From positions 32,001-96,000 of the forward strand of contig CM000208.1 of the NCBI GenBank assembly GCA_000002445.1: a DNA stretch of 64,000 bases. Direction: 5' to 3'. Within the stretch, counting starts at the first letter, position 1. Each line of letters starts with the position of its first letter. A program made the translations under genes and the position numbers. Below the pieces are notes generated by a model. That model ran no database searches and was not told where the DNA came from. It worked only from the letters and a program-made list of their open reading frames with translations. Positions 22,675 to 35,700 of the stretch are shown piece by piece. Source of the stretch: Trypanosoma brucei (Eukaryota).

Positions 22675-23735
22675 TTTGGAGCAGGAACGAGCCAACACCA
22701 ACTGATTTCCCAATACCTGCAGTGCCGACGAGGACGCAAGGAATCTGTTTTTCGATCAGCCCTCACTCCAGCCACAAATCCAGCCTCTGCTTCACAAGAT
22801 ACCACACTCTCATTACCTCTCGACGAATGTGCACATCTCGGTCAAACACATGGACCTTTGGATTTTCCTCACCCTCTTGAATTACTCTTCGCGGAATGCG
22901 GAACCGGTTATATGGCCAACCCTTGTGCGAGGTGAGCACCGCAATCTCTAAATTACCACGTCGAGGAAGAGGTTCATTCATAGTTCCCGGGCCGTGGCTG
23001 ACATCCACCACTCTTTCCGTCCACAGCTCAGGTTCTCGACCACAATTTCTCACCACCTTCATCATAACCCGACATCACATAACTCCACGTCGCATTGTAT
23101 ATGGATTCATACACTCCTTTAAGTTCGGCACCACCAGCTGTTAGGGCAGCTCGTATCATTGCTTTTTTGACGGCCATCAATGCTGCATCCAGTTTTCTCC
23201 TCACTACGGGACCAACAAATTCCCTTATCTGAGTGGTTGCATTCTCTTCCCATTGTTGTATGTCTTCAATTCCATTACGAGGCAGATAAATAACCGCCCT
23301 CAGTAATTGAAACTCATCGATATCCTGTATTTCTCCAAGAATCCCTGTATCAACAATATAATCCTCCCGGATTCTTAACAAACACATTCAGGGCCACATT
23401 CTCTGTGTTGTACGTGTTCGAAAACTTTTGCATCAAAAATTCATGCAGTTTCATATCCTTCAAACCCGCATAGCGTTCCAGTAACACATCTTCCACGCTA
23501 CTTTCCAACACCCATTTGCGACAATTGGTTTCCTTCCCCGTAAAGTACAGTGGGACTGCAACGGAAGATATTCCGATGAGTACTCCAGAGAGGCAGAGTT
23601 ACGGTGAGAGGAGAAAAGAAATATGGTCTTGTACCATACCGTCTCAGGGATCCACAAAGTGGAAGTGCAAAACAGCGTTTGGAAAACATCATCAACAGAA
23701 TTGATAGCCTTAGACTTAAAAATAAATAAAAACAA
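22675..23735 (-). pseudogene. RHS: RHS pseudogene copy 2, N-terminal half including the P-loop (GTAGIGKS) just upstream of the insertion hot spot. It is spread over three frames.
   Basis: Translation of the minus strand next to the RIME gives ..LIEKQIPCVLVGTAGIGKSVGVGSFLLQT. Upstream ORFs 22763..23065, 23028..23387 and 23460..23735 are collinear but out of frame with each other. Confidence 0.6.
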
Positions 23736-26700
23736 GAGTTGTATAAGGTATAATAATAATATGATACTGCGTCGTCAAGTATCATTCGAAGAGATGCATG
23801 CACATGACTAGCCTTTGAAAGTCAACAACACAGTTTATCCACAGTGCTAATAGATTTCACTCACTGCACCAAGCAAAGATACAAACAGTTGAATCAAAGT
23901 AACAAGAACACATTATATATCATATCAATATAGGATTAAATGTGTAAGGGCATCCAACCACATACGCGATACGTAAATGTGATAGCAACCACTACACATA
24001 CCGTAACTAAACTGCTGCGCAAGAATATACTTTATTCTTAATGAATATCCAGTCTCATATGACAGTTACTCGACATACATGTAGACAATTTCTTTTAAAT
24101 AGAATCCACATATGATAAATGGATACAATCCCCTTGAACAGTGTTGGAGATGTATTAATGGTAACATGACTCAAAGGGAACGCAGTACAATAACGGTCCG
24201 CGTACTTTCCATAGGATTCACATATCATACCCAGTGTAATTATAATGAGATACAAATCACATACACCGACACACATATATTGAAGAACTTTAGTGGAAGA
24301 GTAACTCAATCACAAGTCACGATTAATCAAAACAGTAAACACAACATAAAATGCAGTAAAGAATGTGTGAGTAAAGGAAAATATACAAATTATCGGACAG
24401 CAACACACATATATATGAAATATGAGTAGAACAATTCATGTAAATATACAGCAAGATCAACAACAGCATAATCTACGGCATTACAACAATTGTTGTATTT
24501 TCATTGTCGGCTGAATGAAGTAACTAACTGCAGAAAAAAAACCCACATACACCTATGTTGCTGTGAGGAGCAGCTGTGATAAAGGTCTGGTGAGAACTGT
24601 TGCTCGATCACTTCTGCGCCCCACATGTGCAGGGTAATGTTGCTGCGGCTTTCTACTATTATTAATGCATTTGTTCTTACCTTCATACGTATCAGCAAGC
24701 TCTGGAATTTTAAAAGAACTGCGGGACATAAATGGTTTGTGGTTTCTCTTTGTCCAAAATTTTAATGATAGAAAATGAAAAATACTGTGAGTGATGTTAA
24801 ATACAAACAAAATTGCGTTACTCTCCTTGTTAATATCAACGGTACACAAGGACATACCCTGTTACTCTCATGACGATCCATGAAGTAAGAAAAGTGTCTT
24901 TCATTATAACAAAGCGGAAAGAAAACTGAAAAAGAGAGATAAGTTCCCAAATATTTCCCACATGTTCGCCTTTCTTCCTATAGAAGAGCAACTAACTGAA
25001 GCAACACATGAATTTCTAAAATAGAAGTATATACCTTTTTTCCAGTTGCAGCGTGAGTTTGCAGCACACACACTCACTCACCACCACCGACATGTTTTTA
25101 CGCGCTCTCTACGCTCACATTACACAACCAACTGAAAGCATTAATATTCAAAAAAGGAAGCCTATCACTATTGTATGAATTTTACGCCCTCTGATGATGC
25201 TGATGATAAGGATTAACCGAGGCAGATGTATTCCCAAGTCCCTTCCTCCACTCCGTTATTTAAGAAATTCCGATATTCTAAAATAACAAAACACAACAAA
25301 AAGGTGCAACAGTACCAACGTACGCACACCAGTCGAACACTCTCCTTTAGAAGACCATATGCACGCTCCCTCATACTTTCATTCTCTTGGAAAGTCATGT
25401 CCCATCTAGAAAAGCAAAAATAAAGAGAATCATTACTGATTAGATTAATCATGCAAGTAGTAATATCCGTCCAAATTCATTCATCAATGAAAGACAATAT
25501 CTGAAGTACAGCAGTGTAAGTGGATCGTGCAAACAAAAACAATTACCCATATTTTGCTCCGTCATTGAATCTTTGTGATAGAGAACGCCGATGGTAGAAT
25601 AAAGGAGACACTATTAATGTGATGGGGTTATGCATGCGCCACTCCGACTGTTCACAAATAAATGCAAATATCACAGTCTCAATATTTTCCAAATATACCC
25701 AACAAATAGGAAGCAAGTATTTTCTAGAATATGTGAAATACACGTCACCGCATCCACAATATAATAAGCGAAGATGAGACTCCATTTTCAAAAGCAAACA
25801 TACAATCATGACAATACCGAGCACCATTTCCCTCGTGTATCCAAAAGACTCTGATACATAAGAGAGCAATTCATAAAAGATGTTTAGAATAATATGGGGA
25901 AGTAGGAAATAATGATCGGTGCTTCTGGTACTCAGCCTAACAGAAATGAATATGATTGACGCAAATTATGTATTTTCTTTTTTTTTTAAGATGGAAAAGA
26001 TAAACTGAAATGGGAGCAAACATGCAGGATGGTAATTTTCCAACGGGTTGAAGCACAAGCTCTCTTTGTATCAACAGTTTGTGCTCAACATTTTTTACTC
26101 AGTGCACTTTTTTTTTTTTACGTGCATGCTTTAGTGAGACTTCATTCAATCATCCAGCTGAAACGCGGAACACTCCCAAGCCAATCATCCAACACTTCTC
26201 TGATGTGTTTTTTCTCCATTTCCTCTTGCCTAATTGCTAGAACTCAGCTTTCCGTGACTTCTGTTGGAAATACCACCTCATTCCTACTGTTTGAAACCGC
26301 AGTCACGTCACCAGAAAAAGAAATCTTTAGTTTTATTTCCAAGTCCCGCTATGACGTTTTCAGCTTAGGAAGGCGACTACCTCTTCTCCATCTGAATTCG
26401 CGTATTCTGTGCGGTAAGAATCTTGCACTTTGGCACCTAGTTATAAAAAAAAATCCATTTTTTAATCGGATGCTCGGTCAGTACATTCGGTTTCTAACAT
26501 AACAGATCCACTGCCACAGCCCCATGTATCTCTCACTCCACACTTTGGACCCTCGACGTTATGCAGCGCCGAAAGCGCTCGGGTCACTCCATCATCACAC
26601 AATCCCCCTGAAGAAGAGGACATCACAGGCGTTTCGTTTCCTCATTGACGGCATGACGGGTCTCGAGACCACATCGACGTGACCTGTGGAGTCAGAACTC

Positions 26701-28643
26701 AAAGAGGGTACGTTGAACTAATTCACCTTTTTTTTTTCTGTTATGGGCGGCTGTCTTTACAGAACTCTTATCGATCGACTTTACAATGCACTAGAAGAGA
26801 AAGTGTGTGCGGAATCACGTGTTTTGCTACTATGACGGTGGGTCAACCCTCAACAACAAATGCTTTTCGGGCCATGAAGTTCCATTGGCATGCAAATGCC
26901 TGCAGAGGTCTTGTTTGCCCTGTGGAAGCTTCGTGACCAAATAAATGTCACAGACTCCAGAGCCCACAAATGCGCACGTATTGCACCTGCTTATGCTACA
27001 CCACTTTTTCCATTTGACCCCATTACGAACTTCTTTCGTCCGCAAGCAAAAGTCTCATCCGTAAATGAAACCAAGCAACCGACGTAGCTACGCACCACAT
27101 CGTGGTGTGGTGTTGTCCTTTAACGCCTCCAGGAGCGGAAAGATGCCCCACCGCAGTTTTGCTCATGCACAAATACCCTTAGGCGACGATGCGGAGGGGA
27201 TCCCGGTTCTATTTCCACCATGAACTCGCACGGGACAGGTTGGTACTCCTGCATCTGTTGTTGTTAGCAGAGAGGATAACCTCCAGTCCGTTATGCCGGA
27301 CAAAGTTCGTCACCACTCTCCAGCCAAACGGTCCCCGCTCCGGCTTACTCAAAGATGACGATACAATGAGGAAAACCAACGGTGGTGGCGTGCCAGACTC
27401 TGGTGCGTGTCAACCTCCCGGTAGAAACCGGAGAAGAAGAGGGAGGAGAAGTGGCGGCGTGAAAGCCTCACTGCCAATACGTCAGAGGAAGCTAAACCGA
27501 CATTAGCGATGGTGTATTTTTCTAGAAGGGCGAAACCACTCTAAAGTGCGGGTTGCCTGCCATTGGTGTTGGAGCATCAAAACCGTTCTTCCTCTCACAT
27601 GGATCCTTTCTTGAGCATGGCAAGCCGAAGTCGTCGAGTGACCGCCTATGCGGCATCCGTCAACGACGCGCACATATATTTCGGCGAATCTCCCACATCC
27701 CTGTAATGGGACAGTTCGCACATATTTCTGCCTATTCCGCAGCAAATCCATGACCGAAGAAAGCATGATGGCTTTGATTGCGGCGAAACGTGTGGCTACG
27801 GTTGCGCGGTTGTAGTACACCAGCATGTTTACGGCAATGATGAAGTTGGATCAACGACTGTTGGACGTGATGATCTTGTGCCTACAGAAGATTGTGGCGA
27901 TAAGCGAGATCAAACACGCAAGTCCCTTGACAAAAGGTCGGAATGGCTCAGATTATTACTTTTCGTCCGGATTGGAAGGAGTGTGTGGTTTTTGCGTTTG
28001 GTGTGGATTACGACAAGTCGTCGGGTGGAGATCCCGGCACCGATACGGAAGCATTTCCAATGGAACAGGGACAGTGTAGCGCTCCTCGATTGGTTGGTGA
28101 CACCCAAGACAGCCAAGTCCAATTCACACCGAGCAGGTCGTTAAGTTCGCATTCGGGGATTAGGACGCTCTCGATATTACGCGACTACTCTCCACTATGA
28201 AGCTCAAGGAACGTATAACAACGCTCACAACAACCAAAGTCGAACGTATTCGGGCTTCATGGGAGATGATGACGCACCCCGTTAGAAGAAGGAGTTTTAC
28301 AGCATGCTACAGCCACAATTTGTGGAAGAGCACAGCATGGATCCTCACATTATTCCCCAACCGATTGAGCACATTTATCTGTTCCACTTGCCGAGGAACA
28401 CTGTCAGCCGCTTGGACAAATACACCGCCATGTTGACTAATATGTAGAATATCGTCTCTATGATGTAACCCATGTCTTAGATGAAGGATAAGAGCCATGG
28501 GAGCCGCCAGGGCGGTGTCCCTTCAAGACGCACGGTTACACGATAACAAGGAGGGCGCACGCCACACGCCTGTTGAATACTCAGGACAAGGCTTCCATTC
28601 CTTTACAGCAAGTGCACGTCCCACTGCTGGAGATATATTGAAT

Positions 28644-29142
28644 CCCTGGCGATGCCGGCCACCTCAACGTGGTGCCAGGGTCCAGTGCCCCGTATCATCG
28701 GGGAAAGCAAGAGCCAGCAGCATTCCTTTCATGGGGAACACTGCTGTGCTCCGGCTACGGCATCATACAGCAGAGGGATCAGCAGCGTCTTGCTGGGACA
28801 CCGTCTTTCATTTGTCGGTCCCTGGGCACGTGCCAGCGTGCCATCAGCAGTATCATCCGCACTAAGATGCTGCTGTCCGGTGATGTGGAACTCCAAAAAA
28901 GGATTGCCAATTGACATTTTTGGGAGAGTCCGGGGTGGGGGGCTTCTTGCCCCATCTGCTGTATTCCGTTCAACTGCGGAGCTACAACAAAAATTATAGA
29001 GAGTGTGTTAGGTTTAATAAAAAAGGGAGACTCTGCCACAGTCGCCAGACCGATAGCATCTCAGGGCTCTACGGTGATGGCTGATGGCCGCGGCAGTTGG
29101 GGGAAACTCCCACGAAGGCACGAAGAAAATTCCAAAAAAAAA
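28644..29142 (+). mobile_element. RIME: Intact RIME (~499 bp incl. (A)10 tail at 29134-29143) flanked by an 11-bp TSD atatattgaat (28633-28643 and 29143-29153), in a non-RHS context.
   Basis: Begins CCCTGGCGATGCCGGCCACCTCAACGTGGTGCCAGGGTCCAGTGCCCCGTATCATCGGGG. The half-A/half-B junction is ..ATGCTGCTGTCCGGTGATGTGGAACTCCAAAAAAGGATTGCCAATTGACATTTTTGGGAG. Ends ..GGGAAACTCCCACGAAGGCACGAAGAAAATTCC(A)10. The flanking direct repeat is identical on both sides. Confidence 0.9.
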
Positions 29143-30362
29143 ATATATTGAATCATTTCTCGCTTAAATTCGAGTGTGGAATGTAGATTTCAGCATCTCT
29201 GGGGACTGATCGGACTGAGACCAAAAGGGACCAGTGAAAGGAGCCCTCAGGTTATTTCCATCGGCGATGATCGTCTACTTTGGAAGGTCGGTATCGTAAA
29301 GGATGCCTCCTCCGTACCAACAGGAGCTCGGGTCATCCCTCTTCTCAATTGCAGAGGATAAACTCTCCAACGAGCGTCGCTGGTGAATTGCGGGGCCTCA
29401 AGAGAAATAACAAAAGCGGATAAGCCTTACGAGGCAATTGTTCCTTTTGGAACACATTTCAAAATACCTTCATGCGGTTACTATCCTGAGTTGTCGACTT
29501 TTTCTGTCTGTTTTTTTTTGTTTTTTCTTAGAGGCGTTACGTCGTCGTCTTTTGCCTCGTACAGAGAACTTGTCCCCGCCACAGAGGCCGCTTTGTTACC
29601 ACTGTCCGCACTTGGTTTAGTAAGTGGGTATTGCTTTTTTGCCTGTTTAAAAATAAGAAACGCACGGTTACATCCGATTGGGAACCCGCAGTTGATTTGG
29701 TCACAGATGGCTCTTTGAGGGGTTGTGGGTCTGGGGCATGTCCTCTTATTGGATTCCGGTGAGGTGAAAGTAATGTTATGTGCTCTCGTTGGTTTAACTT
29801 CCCTTTTCTTATCATGCAGGCTCAGGCCCGTGTCCTCCGACTCTTCTCAGTAGCATTCGTGGAATCCTTTCCCCCTGAGTATTGACATTTGGGTTGATAA
29901 TACATTCCTGTAAGGCGCGGAAACAAAAGGAAACACAAAAGCCTACGGTCTTTCCGTGGCCATGGATGAGATGTTTATGATATTTGATTCCCACAACATT
30001 AGCACAAATTACTCGTTTAACCGCTCCGTCACCAAACCGGCGGTCGGCTCCCGCGGAGGCACACGGTTTAACTGTGCAAAGTTGGTGAAAGAGTTTAACT
30101 TACAAAAGGAAGTGGCGGTGTCCCGAGGCTTTTGGGGACCACATGAACTGCCCTTTCACAAGTCTACAGTGAAATAAATATTCCGCTGCTGCTTCTCACC
30201 CAAGTATTCTCTAAGTGTGCATGGATGGTTATAGATTTTGTTTATAATTCCTTGACTCTCTCTCTCTCTCTTTAATCTTCTTCCATAGATTAAGGAATTG
30301 GACCGTCCCTAAGTTTATATTCTACTTTGTGTAGCCTGCCCTTGACTTCCTTTCCGTCTCTT

Positions 30363-30380
30363 GGGGGGGGGGGGGGGGGG
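30363..30380 (+). repeat. G18 homopolymer, preceded by a (CT)n microsatellite at 30256-30272.
   Basis: ttgggggggggggggggggggaag read directly; ctctctctctctctctc ~90 bp upstream. Confidence 0.9.
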
Positions 30381-32799
30381 AAGTTTATATTGTGTGTGGC
30401 TCCAACGTGTAAAAGTAAAAGTCAGATACCCTGAAAATATTTCTCCTCGGCCCCCCCAGCAGCAAACAGACATCTCCGAGCTGCAGGGGTCTGACGTTAG
30501 CGGTGTTCTTACTTTTTGTTACGTGTCTCGAAAGCTCTTTGTGCGGATGCACAGTTGCCTCCAACGCTTTTCCGTTCCCATCCCCTAATAAGCGTTTGCT
30601 ACCCGCCTTAGGGGTTAGAGGTTCCTTAAGCAGGAGCCCTCCAAACAAAAAATATATTTAGTTTTCTTCGCGTCCAGTTGCATAAAGTTTTTTCGGCCTT
30701 ACGCTGCTATAGTACCTAGTTCTCTGTGCAAAATTTTTTCGAGTTGCAGTCTTTGCGTGCCTGTGCACGTCATCGTTCCGTAATCTGTGAGGCCACAGGG
30801 TTGGGGGCTGGGGTTTGTGTCGTACTGACTGCTAAGAAGGGGTTTCACGACAGTTGTAAATAAAAAGGATCCGACTACTTTGCCTCGTGTCGCTTTGCTT
30901 GGTAAGGGTTCCGGCTTCAATAACGCTTTCTTTAGTCGAAATGTTTACAGCATCCAGTGAGGAAGGGAAACTCTCCGGCGTCTGAGTTATATTTATCTAC
31001 TAAACTTCCACACTTCACTCACATTCCTCTCATGACCCACACTTTCAAGTTTTTTTTTTGGTGTAAAAGGCAAATGAAGAAACGGTTCGAGCAACATTAC
31101 CACCGCGGGGCAGTGCTGTGCGGATATGCTGCAACTCATAGGGCGCCAAAGCGCTCGGGCGAAGCGACATTGACCGCTCATTGGCCGGCGCTTTTCTGTG
31201 TTTGTGACTTTTGTTCCCTCGATCCGTTGCTTTGTCATCGATATTGTGCCAGTAAACTCTAGTGAGTGAAGCGAGACGATGTCGGTGGTACGTCCACTAA
31301 CTTTTAGAAATGTTGCAATGGTTATCCGACTTTTTCACCTAACTACTGCTGTTGTGTGTCGTGGACTTTGGTTCAAATTTCAGCGTGCCCTTTAGCCAAC
31401 ATATCGATGATTTAGTTCTCAGAAGTAAGCATCACTCTCCCGCCACCGTTTCGCGTGATGATTCTCCTATCAACTTTTGTCATTTCAGTGTTTGTATATC
31501 GTTTGAGAGAGTGTGTGGGGTTTGTGATGCTGTGAATGTTCATCCTTGCGGCTGTCATAGTATTCATGGAACAATTCACATACATATCCTCAGAATTCCA
31601 CGGCCTCTGTTTCCTTTTCTTGTGGCGGGTTCCTCTTCCGTTATTAGGGAAGGAATCTATAATAATGGTGCTGTGAATAATTCTTTCAATAAGGTACGAA
31701 GTTTTTCTTTGTCTCATCTATTAGCAGTTTTGAGGTGTATCTTCCAGCATGTCCTCACAGCTGTTATATTCAGCACCCTCCTTTATGTGATGAATGAGGA
31801 ACAACATTTTCTTCCTATGAATTGTTTTTTGGTACTGTCTAATCCACTACAGATGCAATGGCGTCATTGGTGTTTTCAACTGCCATCAACACGTGTTTTT
31901 ACCTATTTGCCGAGTTCGGGCACACAATGTTTTGGTAAATTTGGACAATCCACAATTTTGTTCGTGTCCCTTGATACTGCTACATTGAGTAATATCCAAC
32001 TGCAATAACCGCTAAAGTTTCGCATCGCTTTCCAAGATGTAACATCGCTGTGCGTAAAACAGGTAACTTCTATTGAAAGCAGTGCGCCTCCGAATGCTGT
32101 ATATCAAATTGGAGCTTCATTGTTGGTAACTGTTAAACTCTTCTCCAGCTATCAATTCAATGTCAGCTTCATCACCCTTCCCCTCTGGAATACGTGGGGC
32201 TGAGGAACGTAGCACCGCTTCACGTCAGCTCCGGTGGCTACTGAATCTTGATCCCCGCTTCTAATTCCTACAACCTTTACACGTTTACATTAGAGTTATT
32301 GGGAAAGCAGGCAAATGCCACACCAAGCTGTCCATCGTTTTCAGGCGCCAGCGTAACGGTTATGATTTCCAAAACCACAATTATTTTTTGGAGCGTTAGT
32401 TACTCATATCCCGTTTCCAATGAGTATTGATACGTTTTTGTTCTTCATTTTACAGCAAGAGAACGCTGTGTATTGGTAATGGAAGCAAGCGTTCATTCTG
32501 CCTTCCCCAACATTCGTCAGTGTCTCCAAAAGAAGGCGAAAGATCGCCACGTAGTTTTTTGTTGTTTCCGATATATGTGGCCCCTTTCCGCCGGCGAGAT
32601 CTTACGTACTCCACTGAGACCTGTGGAAAATATGGGGTGGACACCTGCTGACACCGGCCCCGGGGAGGCGGGGGATTCAGTTAACGCACGGGGCGGGTCA
32701 GCATCAGTGCCTCTGAAGGGTACACACGGAAGGAGAATGTGTACTTATGTGATGCGGTGGCCGCTCATTCTAACCGTCGTATGTTAAGGTTCAATATTG

Positions 32800-35700
32800 A
32801 GCCGCTGCCACGATGCGGGTGATAGCCCATAGCTTTCTTTTGGGTGGTGCACCGGGTCCCGGAATCGCTCTCTCGTGGCTCGCGTGGTCGCAATGCAGCT
32901 CGGATTTTGTGAGTGAACATCTTTTCCGCCTCTGTGGGACTTTGGTGGAGGTTGGTGGCGGAAGTTTTGGTGCTGCTGGTTTTGCCGTACACCCGGTTTG
33001 GTGTAGTCTTCCCCCTTTGCTGCGGTTTTTAGCCGTTTGGTCTGAAAGTGCATGGTCTTTTTACAAAGTGATTTGCTGGGTTGGGCACTGATGCGTTGCC
33101 TATTGTGGTCTCGCGTGCCTTAGGAAATGTTTTCGCTGGTGCTTTTGCTGTTGTATCACCCTGCTTTCAAGTCATTTGTTACATGTGTCGGGGTATGTTT
33201 GGTGCGTTACAAATGGTAGTGGTTAGTGTACGGCTATTGGCTGTTAGGCATATTGAAGGGTGTAGCATTAACATTTCGTAATGACTTTTTTCCCGTGTCG
33301 TGAGGGAAGTTGGTGGGAGTTGCAGTACTTTGCAGTGGCTACATAGGCTACCCGATTTTTTTTATTTAGTAAGTCTTGTAGTGCACACCTCCACCGCTAG
33401 ATCTTTGATGACAACAGATGCGCCTTCCCTTTTGAGTTGTGGGGACCACCCAGTGTTGTGGCAGGTGGGGGTGAAAGCGTGGAACTAATTGAATTTCGGG
33501 GTGAGGATTTGGTCTCACGGAAGAAATGGGAGGTTGACGACACCCTAACAACGATGTCGCTAACATCTGCTTCTCCTGGGTGAAGGGGTCCGGCGGGCTT
33601 CCACCTTGGGTTTTGGACGTCGCCACCGTACTGCACTTCGCTGCGAGAAATTTAACTAACATTAGGCTTATACCCCACCAGAGGCCCACAAGAGGTAATT
33701 CGTCACATGTCGCAAAGCTAATACACCTACCATCATAATCTGAGGCCGTAACCGTTGTATTTCCGTTCCGGCACTGCCAAAACAGGTTGCAATATCTTGG
33801 GTTCTTACATAAGAAGTCAACCGGTGATGACATTAGTTCGTTAGGTTGGTGAGCGATGCCGTGAGCCACTATGCATTTACATTAGCACAACTTCCGTTTA
33901 ATTGGTGGTGCCATTTTCGCATATCGAAACTCGAGCGCTGATACTTCCCGCGTGGCATTGCGTGGTTGGCGGCAGTAAGTTCTTGTTTTTCTTTTGCATG
34001 TTTACCTGGGCCCGAGCGATCTCTTTTTCTGTTAGATGTTTCGAAACCTTGGTTCATTTTACTTGTGCAAACGTAAATAGGTAGCATATTCGTTCCTTTC
34101 GTCTTTTAGAAATAGTTACTTTAGGGACACTCGAGTCGCTTTGCTGTGATTGCCAGCTGCGGCTGATTTTTTAAAATTATTCTTCCAACAGTGTTTGTAA
34201 TAGCATTGCTATTGTTTAGCTTTGGCGAGGGATATATTAAATATTTTTTGTGGGACATTATTTTTGTTGTGTGCTGCTGGTGGCGCATACTGAAGAGCCG
34301 TGGGCAAATCAAGTGCTTCTCGAGACATCCATATCCCACTGCTTTTGTGACTGCTTTTCTTCTTTATCTTTTTTGGATGTCTATGTTTTTTTACTTTAGT
34401 CTACAGGTGTATTTTTAAGTGATGGTGTAGATACTACCTATTTCGTACTGTGAGTCTCTGCTACTTTGTGCCGGGAATAGTTGTACAGTTTCTCACTTCC
34501 TTTTTACTTTTTTTTTGCAGCGGTTTTGAATAATTGTTTTGACACTGGTTGCTATGACATATTGTTCACGATGCATCCTTAAAAGTTTTGCGAGGTTAAG
34601 AAAATAAATTTATTGGCCGGATGTTTATATGTTTTCGGCAATATAATTTGTACTATTATTTTTGGTGCCTTTCTTCCCTTGTTTTGTTAACACTTTTACA
34701 TATATATATTTTTCATACTTAGATTGCGGTACGAGGTGCTCTTCGTACCATTACTTTTTTTCGCCCTTGTTTCCGGACCGAAAGGCACCTCTGCTAGTAG
34801 AATGATCGAACTTTTTATGTTATGCTTGTTATCTAAGTTACCTGCTTCAGGTGGGTTACTGTCCCTCTCGTGCCATTGTTGGATGATTGCAGATTGTTTT
34901 GAAGTATTTTTTTTGTTTATCGTTACTCACTTTTTTGTTGGATGTTTTGAAACTAGTTGTTATCCCGTTACGTTGTACACACTTTCCCTCCTCCCTGGTC
35001 GTGTACTGTCACTTTCTCTCTAAACATGGTTTTTGTGTATATGGCACTGGCTCCTTTGGACTGGGTCTTTTCATTACCCCTTATAAAAGAAAAATATACT
35101 TTATATATCTAATGTTTTTGTTTTGTGTTGCTCATTTTTTTTTTCTGGTGAACGTTTCACCGAATGTTGTTTTTGTACAACCGGCTACTGTGCATTGTTT
35201 GCGCCGTTAGTCGTTTTTAAGCTGTGAAGGGGAAGATGCTCACGTAATAGCAAAAATGAACTCGATGTTTTCCTCCCATATTTGAGCTCCGTACTTCACG
35301 AGCAGGGCACCAGATTGCGTGTGTGTACACTTTCTGCCATGTATTGCGCACACATTTGGTATGCGAACTTCAAGCTGTTGGGAGTGACTGCATTTGGCTT
35401 CTTTCCCCCTTTGTACTGTGTTATAAAAAAAAAAAATAAAATATCGTTTGCTACAACGGTGCCCCAACAATGTGGTTTGAGGTATGGGAATGGCATTTTA
35501 GGACCCTGCCTGTATTATTGTGTTTTCTTAAAACACATTTTCGTACGCGTTGGTGTTTGGTAGTTGCACATGTACCGCTTACTTCTTTTAAGTTTAATTC
35601 TCATTCCATGTTGTTCATACATTTGTCCCGGTGCAAGCGAGTGACAACAACAGTTGAGTACTTAAGTACCCCATTTCCGTCATGTATGGAAACCAAGGTC
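32800..35700 (+). promoter_or_regulatory. Extended GT-rich (G+T skewed) tract on the plus strand immediately upstream of the first gene of the plus-strand array. Candidate RNA pol II transcription start region / GT-rich promoter.
   Basis: Visible strand asymmetry, e.g. ggtggcggaagttttggtgctgctggttttgccg.., gtgcttttgctgttgt.., gtttgtaatagcattgctattgtttagctttggcgagg.., with very few A/C runs on this strand for ~3 kb. It ends where coding starts at 35786. Confidence 0.3.

Noticed and set aside
22620-22935. Plus-strand ORFs across the RIME/RHS2 junction (22620..22880, 22648..22935)
   Set aside because: They are antisense to the RIME and to the RHS N-terminal half, whose minus-strand translation contains the P-loop. 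Not genes.
31352-32008. 218-aa plus-strand ORF in the gene-poor zone
   Set aside because: Low-complexity Ser/Phe/Cys/His composition. It lies within T-rich spacer, with no motif and no pyrimidine-tract/ATG context. Most likely a chance ORF.
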